Notes: generated by a model from the letters alone, not told the origin. Positions 37,517-51,700 are shown, counted from the first letter of the whole stretch. The stretch is 63,864 nt of DNA, filler included, from Octopus bimaculoides (GCF_001194135.2; 5 parts of 5 records of this genome joined end to end with filler, not necessarily neighbours in it), one strand, 5' to 3'. Numbers and translations: made by a program.

Positions 37517-39340
37517 GCCTTCTTTTTTCTTCAAAGAAATGCTGTGAATTGTGAGACAGTGAGACTAAGCTTGCATACCGTCAGGAGCTAGAAATTCATT
37601 CACATTGCCTGCTGCAAATCTGCTTAGCTGGTTGTTTATTGACATCAATGGCAATAGCTCCAATAAGCTGATGATTCACAATGACAGATGACTGGTGAAT
37701 CCTTATTGTTTGCTAAAGTGGATAGGCATTGGTGGTCAAGGCTAAAAAGAACATTCTGAAAGTTGAAAACTAATAAATGCATATATATATATATATATAT
37801 ATATATAAATTACAAGCAATAAATTAATTAGAGAGATTCTATTGACAATTGTTATGTAGTTGAAAAGCTAAAACTCCCACTCGTAATACATAGGAATTTG
37901 AATTAATTTTTTTACAAATCCAGTTGTCCTCTCACATGGAATTTCATCTATCTAAATCTATGAACCAAAGCTCTGAAGAGACTTCTATAAGTGGAGATGT
38001 ATTGTTTATAAATCAAATAATGCATATAAGTCGAAACAAATTGCTGACTATTTTGATTTTTTAATGATATTTTTATGTTATATTATATTACATTCATAGT
38101 ATATTATGTTACATTATAACATAAATAAATTACTGGATTGTCGATTGAATCTCTCTATTTAATTTGTTGTTTGTAATTTTCATTATACCCATATTTATAT
38201 GGTATTCAACTGAAGTACCAGTGAATTGGATGTTTTACACACTCCTTTGAAGGAATTCCTTTCCTTAGTTTGTTACTTTATATATATATATATATATATA
38301 TTGAAATGTGATATTGCTTTTGCTATCAACATTTCAATAGTGGAGCTTTGTATCTTTGTTAGAAACCACCTTTGCCCCTCAGATGAGGAATTTAAATAAT
38401 TAAAACCAGAACATCATACATAAATGCAGGTATACATACACACATGCATACATGCATACATACATACATACATACATACATACATTCATACACACACATA
38501 CATACATACATATCCAGATTACAAGTTCAGGTTTATACTTGTAATTATTGGGGCACTGGGATGTGTAACACACTGCCTAAATACTAATCCTGAGAAATTA
38601 GGCTTCTCAAAACCAGAAAGGAGAAAACTTGATTCAAAGGCTACAGATCCAATCCATCACTGGAACTGTAAAACTCTGTAAAACTTTCCAGAAGTTTATC
38701 ATTTAAGTATATATGAGCATGTCTAAATGTGTAACCATATGAATGAGAATACATACATTAAAACAAAACATACAAATCTGCATGTATACATACATACATA
38801 CAAAAATATCCTGTTGATGTTGTTGAAATTCCAATGAAGGAGCCTTGGACCAACTAAAGCCTTGTGAGTAGTCGCTGTTGCTGGTGGCATGTAAAATGCA
38901 CTCACTACACTCTCGGAGTGGTTGGCGTTAGGAAGGGCATCCAGCTGTAGAAACCTTGCTGGAACAAATTGGAGCCTGGCACTGCCTACTGGTTTGCCAG
39001 TCCAACCCATGCCAGCATGTAAAGTGGACGTTAACAGATGATGACAACGACGATGATGACATATATAAATGTGTGTATGTATGTAGATATCTATGTGTGT
39101 ATGTCTTTGTGTCAGTGTTTGTCCCCACCCCCACCACCATCGGTTAACAACTGATGTTTATGGTTGTTTATGTCCCCAAAGCTTAGTGGTTTAGCAAAAG
39201 AGACCAATAAAATAAGTACTAAGGTTACAATGAATAAGTCCTGGGGTCAATTTCTTTGATTAAAACCCTTCAAGGTGGTGCTCCAGTATGGCCACAATGA
39301 AGTGACTGAAACAAGTAAATATATACATACATGCATACAT

Positions 39341-39375
<35 letters not shown>

Positions 39376-39616
39376 CATATACATATACTCTTTTACTCTT
39401 TTACTTGGTTCAGTCATTTGACTGCGGCCATGCTGGAGCACCGCCTTTAGTCGAGCAAATCGACCCCAGGACTTATTCTTTGGAAGCATAGAACTTATTC
39501 TATCGGTCTCTTTTGCNNNNNNNNNNNNNNNNNNNNNNNNNNNNNNNNNNNNNNNNNNNNTTAATTAATTAANNNNNNNNNNNNNNNNNNNNNNNNNNNN
39601 NNNNNNNNNNNNNNNN

Positions 39617-39676
<60 letters not shown>

Positions 39677-40240
39677 ATTAGTATTTGTGGACGAACAAAT
39701 GTCACTTATGGTAATAAATTAACTCTAAGAAAAGAAATCTCAAGAACTGTCACCAAATGGATGTCGGGGCAAAGGGAAACAAAAGGACAATTGAAATACA
39801 AAAAGAGATAGGAGTCACAAACAATGTTAACATAATGTTTAGTATGTGTGTAGACATACATACAGGTGTGTGTATGTATATGTAAATATATGTGCGTGTG
39901 CGTGTGTATATGTATATACATATATGTAGGTGTATGTATATGTTTATATATGAATAGTATGTTTGTAAACATACATACATGCATACATACGTATACACAC
40001 ACATATAGTAAAAGGAGGGACATAATATTCAGGCAGATACTGAAGTTCTGTAAGTTAAATGCCAAAGCTGGTTCCTTCATACGGTGCATTCTTTGGTAAA
40101 CTTCCTTTAACTCCCATCCCAAGTTATAGTTTATTCCTCGGCTATTTAGAGTGTAAAGTACAATATCGATAATAAGGAGATTGAAGAATGTGAACATTCA
40201 AACTTTTTGTTTATTTCCTGTTAGTTTATTCATAATAATT

Positions 40241-41140
40241 GTCCGACACGTGTTTCAATCGCATTAATTTCATATTGTTGCATGTTTATATGCAGCGATT
40301 TATGCTTTATTAGTACAATCTCTTCGGGTACCATGTCATTTATCGATGAGCTGTTTTTCTTAACTGATTATTTAGGTAAAATTCAGCAGCTGCAGTGTTT
40401 GTTGAAAGTTGGCATTTTTCATGGTCTGTTGGGAAGTGATTATTTATAGAATACTTTTCTTTTGATTGATTCTGCATACTTTATAGTCACATGACTTTTT
40501 GATGGATTTGTATTTTTCTGAAGTTTGTTAATAGTAGTAGTGGTTAATTACTAGGTACTTGGTTATTAAAAGAAGTAGTCAGTTGTATTTTAAATTCTTC
40601 TAACTTATCATTGTTATTGTTTTAAAGTGTTTTTAGGTTATATAATATATAAGTTCATAAATTGACTTATGTTTTTGTATTCTTTAGTTATGTTTAGAGA
40701 AAAAAGTTTATTGAAATTATGTAGTTTAATGCATTCTATAATTTAAATTTTTTAAAAAGAAAATGTTGCTTGTGTAAGCAATTTAAACTTCTTTCTTGTC
40801 TGGTGTTAACTAATTTATTTAAAATAAATATTTGGTATAATTTCTCCAGGCATAAATTGCATCTATATTATAAGGTTTCACAGTACTAATAATTTCCCAT
40901 TTTAGTGAATATCTAATAATTTCATCCTTGAGCGACCACTTAAGCTTGTTAAGACTTGTTGAAAATTTTCTTGAACGAATTTTCATGATTTATTGTTCTT
41001 TGCTTTATAAAGCATGAACTAACCTAAACAGAGTAATATCTATTTTTATCTGTCATTACTACACATCTACAGACGGTATTTCTTACCTTACAGGTATTTT
41101 AAAATTTGCATTGGGTTCTCCTGGTGCAATCACATTTTCT
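40241..41140 (-). mobile_element. Penelope-like retroelement 3' part: decayed GIY-YIG endonuclease and terminal hammerhead relic
   Basis: CDCTRRTQC..NTCKVRNTVCRCVVMTDKNRYYSV*VSSCFIKQRTINHENSF, then SLNKLKWSLKDE, YSLKWEII, CNLCLEKL, LVNTRQE across frameshifts; CCGAAGA...GAAACACGTGTC-GGAC at 40327-40241. Confidence 0.8.
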
Positions 41141-41711
41141 ATATATTAAGCTATCTACATCTTTATTATTAGGCTTTATAAAGTTTGCGCTTGTTTTATA
41201 TTTTTGCTGATTATCTTTATTATTACTGTTTTCATAATAGTTTTCTTTCTACTCACCATGTGTGCTCGTCTTTTAGGATCTAGTTTCCATGTGTATTTGT
41301 GACATACTTGAACTGCTAAAAGGCAAATTCACTGCAGTTACCATGGAGAAAATTTTCTCTTACGGTAAAAAGGTGTAAAAACATAATGTCCGTCCAGTAT
41401 TGCCATCTATCAGGATACCCAGATATCGATGTTTCTGGTTCCTTAGCCGTTATCAATGAGAAATATCTAAGAGGCAACTCTGGACAGACCTTAATAAAGC
41501 TATAGATTTAATTAAAGTACAGTCAACAACATTGATTGTTTTGTTCCACTACACCGCCAAAGTCATGGTAATTACTGTAATATTAGTGCCAAGCAGTGAA
41601 TTTAACTTTTAGCAGTTGAAATATGTCACAAATATATTTTAATTAACTTCAACTGAAAGAAACCTGTCGTGTGTGTATGTGTGTGTGCGCGCGCGCGTGT
41701 ATGTATGTATG

Positions 41712-41769
<58 letters not shown>

Positions 41770-41815
41770 TATATAAATATATATATATGCACACACATAC
41801 GTATATACATACATA

Positions 41816-42696
41816 CGTGGTCTGATCTATAAGTATACGGCTTACTGCATAGTAACGAATCTAAAGCACGCAGAGTTGAGCCGCTTGGCAAAGATTGACC
41901 TTAAACACTGCTGTGTATGCACTCTAAGATTTAACGTTGTAGCTCACTTCCGCAATTTACAGCAGTAAAGGAAGGAAGTGTAGTGTGTGGCTGTCGTATT
42001 GACCATGAGTGAGAAAGTTAAGCAGAGAATCTGCGTCAAATTTTGCCAAAAGCTTGGCGATACCTGCTCAGAGGCCTACGCAAAATTTTCAGAAAGTTTT
42101 TATCGCTCTCGACATAATCAAGGACGTATTGTGCAACTGAAATCTGAGTGTCTTCCTGGTCAGCTGAAAGCACTTTTGGCACAAACTTAGCAGACACGCG
42201 TCTCATACCGAAATCTTCAGTGATAATGGACTGAATTGAACCGTAACTAATCTTCACATCCTCTGATAACTCACGGATGGTGATTCGACGATTTCCTCTC
42301 ACAGCTGCATGCACATCTGCGATGTTTTTCACAGTTCTACTGGCTGCGGGTCTCCCAGAACGTTCGGCAATGTCGACCATTTTTTCGACCATCTTGGAAA
42401 TGTCTGAACCACTCTTACACTTGTGTGCGGCTCATACATTCCTCTCCTTACACTTTCTGCTAATTTGCGTAAGCCTCTGAACAGGTATGGCCATGACAAC
42501 TTTTCATGTCATGGTCAATGCGACGACCACATGCTACACACCTTCCTTCCAAGCACTGTTGTAAACAGCGGAAGTGAGCTAGAACGCTAAGATTTAGTGC
42601 ACATGCACAGGGTCAATCTGCCAAGCGGCTTCACTCTGCGTGTCTTAGCGCTTCGTTGCTATGGCAATAGTCCGGATACTTATTGATCAAACTTCG
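41816..42696. mobile_element. Fold-back mariner derivative made of two 5' ends
   Basis: Both ends carry the same TIR, 5' UTR and start of the transposase (CSEAYA motif) pointing inward; the minus arm runs on through RSGRP...WVP-equivalent (AKFVPKVL) to SDKNFLK. Confidence 0.85.
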
Positions 42697-43028
42697 TCAT
42701 ATGTCAAAAAACTTGTAAGACAGTATCTGGACTTAAAAGACAAATGCTAGTTCACAAAAACATTCCTTCTGAATCAGATTCCAAAGGGCAAATATATAGA
42801 ATAAACTTGAATAATATCTCTCACTTGAGTTTTAAGACCTGTCAGCCTGCAGCTGGTCTTAAAAGTCATCTAAAGACTCATCAACGGAGTGATTGTACTG
42901 TGTGGTGTGATGGGGTGTGGTGTGTGTGTTGATGAGACGGTTATCATCTCCCAAGATGAAACAATCATTATATATATATACACACATAAACATATTTGTA
43001 AATATATACATACACGCACATATGTATG

Positions 43029-43067
<39 letters not shown>

Positions 43068-43167
43068 CGCTGGCCGCTTGATAAAAATCGATATTTAAAT
43101 ATCGATCTTATCCTTATATANNNNNNNNNNNNNNNNNNNNNNNNNNNNNNATATATATATATATATA

Positions 43168-45276
43168 CAGTGATACATTGACTTACGAGTGTCCCAACTA
43201 ATGAGTTTTCGAGATATGAGCAGTCTTTCGGCCGAATTCTTGCTTTGAGTTTCGAGCTAAAATTCGGGTTACGAGCCAGCTTCAGATACCCATCGCTAGT
43301 TCACGTAGCAAACGTCACAGTGAACGTTGTAACATCCGCTCAGCATCCAGTGTCTCACTCTATAGCTAGACAGACATGCACGTTAGCATGTGCGAAGAAA
43401 ATTAGTAGATCGATAGCTAGGCAGACATACACATTAGCAGGTGCGAAGATTGTTAGTAGATCGTTAGCTAGACGGCAGGTAAAATGCTTATATAGTCGTT
43501 GCAGGTTACAGAAGCATGAGTGCTGTGCTCGCAATTGTGATTGCAGTTATTTTGCTAAACTTCGTTTTTCCAACTATGGGTCCGAAGGAAGTGAATGCGA
43601 AGGACAGTGCTAACAAGAAGAAGCAGATGATGTGCATTAAATTAAAGAAAGAAATTATTGAAAAACATGACCAAGGTGCGCATGTAGTCGACTTGACGAA
43701 GCAGTACGAGCATAGCACTTCTACGATCTGCACCATACTAAAGCAGGAGTCGATAAAGGCTATAACACCTGTCAAGGGCGTTAAAATAATTTCTAAACAG
43801 CGGACATCTATTCATGAAAATATGGAGAAGTTGCTGATGGTGTCGTTTACGGAGAAACAACTCGCTGGAGATACCGTGGCGGAGGCTATAATCTGCGAGA
43901 TGGCACGAGTTATTTACGCTGATTTGCTGCAGCAAACTCCAGGCACTTGTACGGATGAGGCATTGGATGAGCCATTTAAAGCCAGTCGGGGCTGGTTCGA
44001 GAATTTTAAAAAGACGATCGGCATTCACTCCATTGTTAGATATGGTAAGGCAGCAAGCGCGGATGTAAAGGCAGCTGAGAATTACCTCAAACTTTTGCCG
44101 GAATTATAGCATCCCCCCAGCAAGTCTTCACCTGTGACGAGACAGGACTTTTTTTGGAAGAAGATGCCAGGGAGGACTTATGTAACGTAGAGAAGAGGAT
44201 GCCAGACAAAACACCCATGAAGGACAGGCTAACCCTCGTTCTGTGCACCAATGCAAGCGGCGACTGCAAGGTTAAGCCGCTGCTCGTTTATCATTTGGAG
44301 AACCCCAGAGCTTTTAAGTCACATAAGATTCTGAAAGAAAAGCTTTAGGTTATGAGGAAGGCAAACCCAACGGCGTGGGTCACTAGGCAGTTCTTTGTGG
44401 AGTGGGTGAATTTGGTCTTTGGTCCTGGCGTTTAAAAATATCTCCAGGAAAATAATCTATCCCTGCAAGCCCTTCTCTTCCTGAACAATGGACATGCTCA
44501 CCCGAGTTCAAGTTTATAAAGGTTCTCTATCTTCCACCCAACACCACTCCTTTCCTGCAGCCCATGGTTCAGCAGGTGATTTCTAATTTCAAGAAGCTCT
44601 TCACCAAGCATCTGTTCCGCCGCTGTTTTGAGGTGACGGAAAGCATAGACCTCACCCTTCGAGAATTCTGGAAGGGCCATCGTGATATGCCTCAGAATTA
44701 TTGATATGTTCTGGCAGGGTGTTACAAAGAGGACCTTGACCTCTGCGTGGAAGAAGCTGTGACCTGAGGTTGTGTCTGAAACGGACTTTGAAAAACTCCA
44801 ACCCGAAACGGCAGTGATGGAGGAGATTGTATCCCTTGGCAAGTCCATGGGCCTGATATCAACGAACTCATCGAGGAGCACTTCGAAGAACTGACAATGG
44901 AAGAGCTAAAGGAACTATAGACGCAGAAGCACACGGAGGTTTTGCAGGAAATAGGTGACACGGAGGAGGTTATCTCTACCAGTGCGATAAAGGAAATGTT
45001 GGGAATGTGGGAGAAACTTTTCAGAAAAAAGTTGCAACTGAGCGTGTGACAGCGCTATTTAATGACACTTGCTTAACTCATTTCAGAAACATTCTGAAAG
45101 TGAAGATAAAACAGACCTCATTGGACAGGGTTTTATCGAAAACTCCTGCAGATGAAAGCGAGGAGAGCGTGGCGAAAAGGGCAAAAATCAGCGAATAAGT
45201 TTCAGTTATTTGGTTCTGCCTTTCTCCTCCACCTCCATCATACTCAAGTAGTTTGACCTCCAAGGTAAATGCTGCA
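43168..45276 (+). mobile_element. Tigger/pogo DNA transposon, decayed, 3' end in the gap
   Basis: TA|CAGTGATACATTGACTTACGAG TIR; CENP-B-type HTH from ATG 43576 (FKASRGWFENFK), DETGLFWKKMP and KDRLTL..CTNASGDCKVKPLLVY DDE motifs; several stops and frameshifts. Confidence 0.92.
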
Positions 45277-46676
45277 NNNNNNNNNNNNNNNNNNNNNNNN
45301 NNNNNNNNNNNNNNNNNNNNNNNNNNNNNNNNNNNNNNNNNNNNNNNNNNNNNNNNNNNNNNNNNNNNNNNNNNNNNNNNNNNNNNNNNNNNNNNNNNNN
45401 NNNNNNNNNNNNNNNNNNNNNNNNNNNNNNNNNNNNNNNNNNNNNNNNNNNNNNNNNNNNNNNNNNNNNNNNNNNNNNNNNNNNNNNNNNNNNNNNNNNN
45501 NNNNNNNNNNNNNNNNNNNNNNNNNNNNNNNNNNNNNNNNNNNNNNNNNNNNNNNNNNNNNNNNNNNNNNNNNNNNNNNNNNNNNNNNNNNNNNNNNNNN
45601 NNNNNNNNNNNNNNNNNNNNNNNNNNNNNNNNNNNNNNNNNNNNNNNNNNNNNNNNNNNNNNNNNNNNNNNNNNNNNNNNNNNNNNNNNNNNNNNNNNNN
45701 NNNNNNNNNNNNNNNNNNNNNNNNNNNNNNNNNNNNNNNNNNNNNNNNNNNNNNNNNNNNNNNNNNNNNNNNNNNNNNNNNNNNNNNNNNNNNNNNNNNN
45801 NNNNNNNNNNNNNNNNNNNNNNNNNNNNNNNNNNNNNNNNNNNNNNNNNNNNNNNNNNNNNNNNNNNNNNNNNNNNNNNNNNNNNNNNNNNNNNNNNNNN
45901 NNNNNNNNNNNNNNNNNNNNNNNNNNNNNNNNNNNNNNNNNNNNNNNNNNNNNNNNNNNNNNNNNNNNNNNNNNNNNNNNNNNNNNNNNNNNNNNNNNNN
46001 NNNNNNNNNNNNNNNNNNNNNNNNNNNNNNNNNNNNNNNNNNNNNNNNNNNNNNNNNNNNNNNNNNNNNNNNNNNNNNNNNNNNNNNNNNNNNNNNNNNN
46101 NNNNNNNNNNNNNNNNNNNNNNNNNNNNNNNNNNNNNNNNNNNNNNNNNNNNNNNNNNNNNNNNNNNNNNNNNNNNNNNNNNNNNNNNNNNNNNNNNNNN
46201 NNNNNNNNNNNNNNNNNNNNNNNNNNNNNNNNNNNNNNNNCTTCATTTTTCCCTTGTTTTTCATTCTTAACTCAGTATGACTGAAACTTTGATGATATTC
46301 ATTTCTTGTCGATCACTACTAACACTAATGAACGTTTTACATTCAAACAAACTGATGCACAGTTTTAATATTATTGACTGTTATGAACATTTAAACTTGT
46401 CAACATAGAAACTTTTAAAGATTTTTTCCTAATTCATAATTCTAAATTTTTACCATTGATAAACAAAAAATATTGTTGAAACTAGTTTGGTATATATGTA
46501 AATAAATTTATTTTTAACAATTACAAGTTTTTCAAATTTAGATGCATTTTCGACAACAAATTTGCCTCTATATATATGTGTATATATATGCACATATTAC
46601 TGGCCAGGTGGAAAATTACTCTAAGCTACTGTGTCCTACCCATGCAGGCATGGAAGATGGACTTAAACGATGATGA

Positions 46677-46710
<34 letters not shown>

Positions 46711-47541
46711 GGTGGTGGTGGTGGTGATGATGTTGATGATGCTGCTGCTGCTGATGATGATGATGGTGACACATATGTGAAGTATCTAAGATTCTATTAA
46801 GCATAACAGAATTCTTATCTGTATTTTTTATTCTTTTGTTATCCAGTGAAGTTACCAATAATTGTATATATTATTAATTATATTAATTTTTCAATTATTA
46901 TATAAGATGATGATACATATTTCTACCTGTCTATTTCTCTGTCACACTCTAACCTTTCATCTGATACCGAATCACCTCCTCCAGTGCCCCTCCGTTATAG
47001 CAAGACACCTGTTTCTGCTATAAAAGGTTTAATATATTAAATAAATAGTTAATTATTGTGACGTAAAGTATCTAAGTTTCTATTAAGCATTACGTAGAAT
47101 TATCATCTGTAGTTTTTATTTTTTAGTTATTTATTAAGCTTAACGTAGAATTCTGGTTAGTAGTTTTTATTGTTTAGTTATCCAGTGATGTCATCAATAA
47201 TTGTATATAAAAATACTCATTTTTAGGTCATTTTTCTTAGATTATTGTTCTATGTAGATTCCAAACAATAGAATTAGTATGGTATTTTTTATCTTTTATA
47301 CTTTTATAATGTAAATTATTCAATGACATCGCTATTGGTTGAATGAATGAATGTCTCAAGTTTAATTTGATTTAGGTGTTCCTTTTTGCTAGCGTTTATT
47401 AACAGCTAAAAATTTTTCAGATATTCAGTTGGAATTTCACCAATTTGGATTACCTTGATAATTTTGCGCTGATATATATTTTCGAAGATATTATTAATTT
47501 TCATAACACTGTTTATATGTATGTATATATATATATATATA

Positions 47542-48627
47542 TTGGGTCATCCCATAAATAATATGTTTTTTTTTTCAATTGCATGAACTAAAAGTCGAAG
47601 AATGGGATAAACTACCTGCATCAACTTTCTATATAACCAAATAGTAATTTTACCTTATTCTTATTCTTAGCGCAAGTTTTGAAGAGTGCAGTTCGATTTT
47701 AACAGCTATTTTTTCAAAGCTATACTGAACATGACAAAGGGGTATATTCGGCATATTTTGCTTTATGAGTTCAATAAAAGTAACAACGGAAAGTGCGAGA
47801 AATATTAATACGATATATGGAGATCGGACAATAAGCGTAAGTCAGTGTCAACGGTGGTCCATAAATTCCGAGCCGAAAACTACAGCCTAGAAGACAAGCC
47901 TCGTCCTGGAAGACCTGTAGAGCTCGACGAGGACGTCCTGCAAACACTGGGGGAACAAAATCCCATCGTAACTGTTGAGGAACTAGCAGAGAAGCTTGGA
48001 TTTGGTCATTCAAACAATCATCGACACCTGTGTGCCATCGGAAAAGTCAGCAAATTGGCTCAATGGGTTCTTCACAAACTTTCCGAGTCTAATCGCACAC
48101 AGAGAGTGAATGTGTTCTCTTCTTTGCTGTTACGTTTCACGAATGAACCTTTTATGGACCCAAATAGTTCTCTATAAAAATGTCACTCGCCGAAGACAGT
48201 GGGTAGGGAAAGGAGAAACACCAGCACCCCAGGCTAAAGAAGGTCTTCACCCACGTAAGGTGTTGTTATTTGTTTGGTCGATAGCAAAGGAGATCTACTG
48301 CGAGCAACTGCAGCGACTTAAGTCAATGCTAGAAGAAAAACGACCATCTTTGGTTTCAAGACGAAAGGTGTTCTTTCATCAGGATAATGCTCGACCACAT
48401 ACAGCGAGGATGACATTCCTAAGGCTGGAACAGTTTGAATGGGAAACGATGCCCCACTCACCATATTCGCCGGACATTGCCTCATCCGGTTATCATTTAT
48501 TTCACAGACTTTAAAATCATTTGGACGGAAAAAATATGAATTCTGTAGACGAGGCCAGAACAGTATTTTGGAAGCGCAGCCTTGCAAGACTACCAGATAG
48601 ATAGAACTTTGTTTATCTTAATTTTGA
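47542..48627 (+). mobile_element. mariner element (cecropia-like), internally deleted, 3' end in the gap
   Basis: TA|TTGGGTCATCCCATAA TIR; LEDKPRPGRP, QWVLHKL, FHQDNARPH, PYSPDIASSGYHLF motifs. Confidence 0.9.
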
Positions 48628-49961
48628 NNNNNNNNNNNNNNNNNNNNNNNNNNNNNNNNNNNNNNNNNNNNNNNNNNNNNNNNNNNNNNNNNNNNNNNNN
48701 NNNNNNNNNNNNNNNNNNNNNNNNNNNNNNNNNNNNNNNNNNNNNNNNNNNNNNNNNNNNNNNNNNNNNNNNNNNNNNNNNNNNNNNNNNNNNNNNNNNN
48801 NNNNNNNNNNNNNNNNNNNNNNNNNNNNNNNNNNNNNNNNNNNNNNNNNNNNNNNNNNNNNNNNNNNNNNNNNNNNNNNNNNNNNNNNNNNNNNNNNNNN
48901 NNNNNNNNNNNNNNNNNNNNNNNNNNNNNNNNNNNNNNNNNNNNNNNNNNNNNNNNNNNNNNNNNNNNNNNNNNNNNNNNNNNNNNNNNNNNNNNNNNNN
49001 NNNNNNNNNNNNNNNNNNNNNNNNNNNNNNNNNNNNNNNNNNNNNNNNNNNNNNNNNNNNNNNNNNNNNNNNNNNNNNNNNNNNNNNNNNNNNNNNNNNN
49101 NNNNNNNNNNNNNNNNNNNNNNNNNNNNNNNNNNNNNNNNNNNNNNNNNNNNNNNNNNNNNNNNNNNNNNNNNNNNNNNNNNNNNNNNNNNNNNNNNNNN
49201 NNNNNNNNNNNNNNNNNNNNNNNNNNNNNNNNNNNNNNNNNNNNNNNNNNNNNNNNNNNNNNNNNNNNNNNNNNNNNNNNNNNNNNNNNNNNNNNNNNNN
49301 NNNNNNNNNNNNNNNNNNNNNNNNNNNNNNNNNNNNNNNNNNNNNNNNNNNNNNNNNNNNNNNNNNNNNNNNNNNNNNNNNNNNNNNNNNNNNNNNNNNN
49401 NNNNNNNNNNNNNATATATATATATATATATATATATATAATACATATATATGGTATATATATATGACTCTTTATATTGTACACATAAAGACACAGACGC
49501 ATGCACACAAACTCATACGCGCACGCGCACACTCGCACGCGCGCACGCACACACACACGCATAAATATACATGTCCCCACATTTCTTTGTCTCTGAGAAC
49601 AGAATCTGTCCTGCCTTTTTTCGTACATTTCCCTAACCCTTTGACGTATGGACCATTGAGCTTCAGATGATTGAAAAGTATCATGTCTTTATGCATTGTA
49701 TTGAATGTTCTAAAGTAAAATTTGTAAAATAAAATCAAAAATAAATCCTGCAACTTTCAATTCAGTTTTGTTGTTTCTAAATTCAGTCATATGGCTTTAT
49801 TTTATCCAACTGCCAAGCTTCATAAAAATCGGTCAAGTAAAGAATTATACCTTTTATAGCTATCACCAAACTTCATTTCACATGAGGTCTGGTGATTTAT
49901 ATATATATTTATATATGGAGAGAGAGAGAGAAAGAGAAAGAAAGAGAGAGATACACACATT

Positions 49962-50003
<42 letters not shown>

Positions 50004-50039
50004 CACACACACACATATATATATATACATACACATGGC

Positions 50040-50075
<36 letters not shown>

Positions 50076-50599
50076 TACATATNNNNNNNNNNNNNNNNNN
50101 NNNNNNNNNNNNNNNNNNNNNNNNNNNNNNNNNNNNNNNNNNNNNNNNNNNNNNNNNNNNNNNNNNNNNNNNNNNNNNNNNNNNNNNNNNNNNNNNNNNN
50201 NNNNNNNNNNNNNNNNNNNNNNNNNNNNNNNNNNNNNNNNNNNNNNNNNNNNNNNNNNNNNNNNNNNNNNNNNNNNNNNNNNNNNNNNNNNNNNNNNNNN
50301 NNNNNNNNNNNNNNNNNNNNNNNNNNNNNNNNNNNNNNNNNNNNNNNNNNNNNNNNNNNNNNNNNNNNNNNNNNNNNNNNNNNNNNNNNNNNNNNNNNNN
50401 NNNNNNNNNNNNNNNNNNNNNNNNNNNNNNNNNNNNNNNNNNNNNNNNNNNNNNNNNNNNNNNNNNNNNNNNNNNNNNNNNNNNNNNNNNNNNNNNNNNN
50501 NNNNNNNNNNNNNNNNNNNNNNNNNNNNNNNNNNNNNNNNNNNNNNNNTATATCGTCGTTGGCATTAACTCATGTCCATGTATTAAATCTATAGCAAGT

Positions 50600-51000
50600 G
50601 AGTGACCTTCTTCATCTTAATGGGTGCGAAAGGTACCAGTGCTTGAGGTGGCTGTTCAGGCCAATGTGGTACACAAGAGCCGGCAGCATTTATCGCAGAG
50701 GAGGGTTAGCAGAGGACAAGGAAGTGCGAGTCGTTCTTTGCGCCTTTGACGTCTGTTATTTTCCGTCTGGACCGTTCCCTCGACGATGACAACTTTGAGC
50801 GGCCCTTGGCGATTGTCTCCCAGGTATTTGGGCCAGTTGAGCAGCAGAGGTTAGTAGCCTGGAGCTGGTATCGGAAACGGAATTTGGGAGCTCCGAGAGG
50901 CTTGGTGCCTGAGGTCATCTCCGCAAGGTGAGTTGACGAAGAACGCGCGTTTGAGGTACACGTATCCTGATCGGCAGAGGTATCATGGTAGTTTAGTACA
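50600..51000 (+). mobile_element. Possible decayed LINE ORF2 fragment (Tx1-like?)
   Basis: GC-rich; SVIFRL...FERPL...NLGAP loosely follows the Tx1 post-RT pattern. Confidence 0.3.
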
Positions 51001-51089
51001 TTCTGGAGTAGAAGCTCTTCATTAGTTATACAGTCTTTTATCGAATCATCTGGTTGTGCAAAGTTTGTACCTTTGGAAATGTTCGATTT

Positions 51090-51600
51090 TCTTCAAGTCA
51101 CATCGATACAACACCTACATCTGACGGCCGTAGAGGAGTATGGAAAGGATATCCTCACCGTTTTACCCGCTTCGACTTCATTCAGGCCCCACATGACGGA
51201 ATAACTGGCTGGGTCATCGCCATGAGTGCTCTCTCCGGTTCCATTCCAATTACGACTGGCCTGAACCAAGGATACATCCTCACACCCACTGTTTTCCCTC
51301 TATCTCGGTGCCACGATCCATGACATCCCTGATTTGGCTCCTGGTGTAGATACACAAAATGGATGGAGGACTTTTCAACACCACCCACTTCAGAGCGCAT
51401 CGACTTACCGCCTTCGCCAAAGTACATGAGCGGTAGTTTGCTGAAGACAACGCCACACCCGCACACTCGGTTTTTGATCTTCAGGAGGTTGTGAACCTCT
51501 TCGAAAATTTGTATTCCCGATTTGGTCTGACCACAAATGTAAAGGAAACGAATATCCTTACACAAGGAGCCCCCGACCAACCTCCCCCTGACACCAGTGA
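51090..51600 (+). mobile_element. RTE-clade LINE reverse-transcriptase fragment
   Basis: HDGITGWV...ITTGLNQGYILTPTVF and DGGLFN...FAEDNA..AHS..DLQ...FGLTTNVKETNIL, matching RTE/BovB GVKQGCVLAP and FADD..L..HS...FGL motifs. Confidence 0.8.
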
Positions 51601-51700
51601 CATAAGATTATAATATATATATATATATATATATANNNNNNNNNNNNNNNNNNNNNNNNNNNNNNNNNNNNNNNNNNNNNNNNNNNNNNNNNNNNNNNNN

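Noticed and set aside
46774-47210. Two to three diverged copies of an AT-rich ~90-bp block
   Set aside because: Looks like local slippage duplication with no termini or structure.
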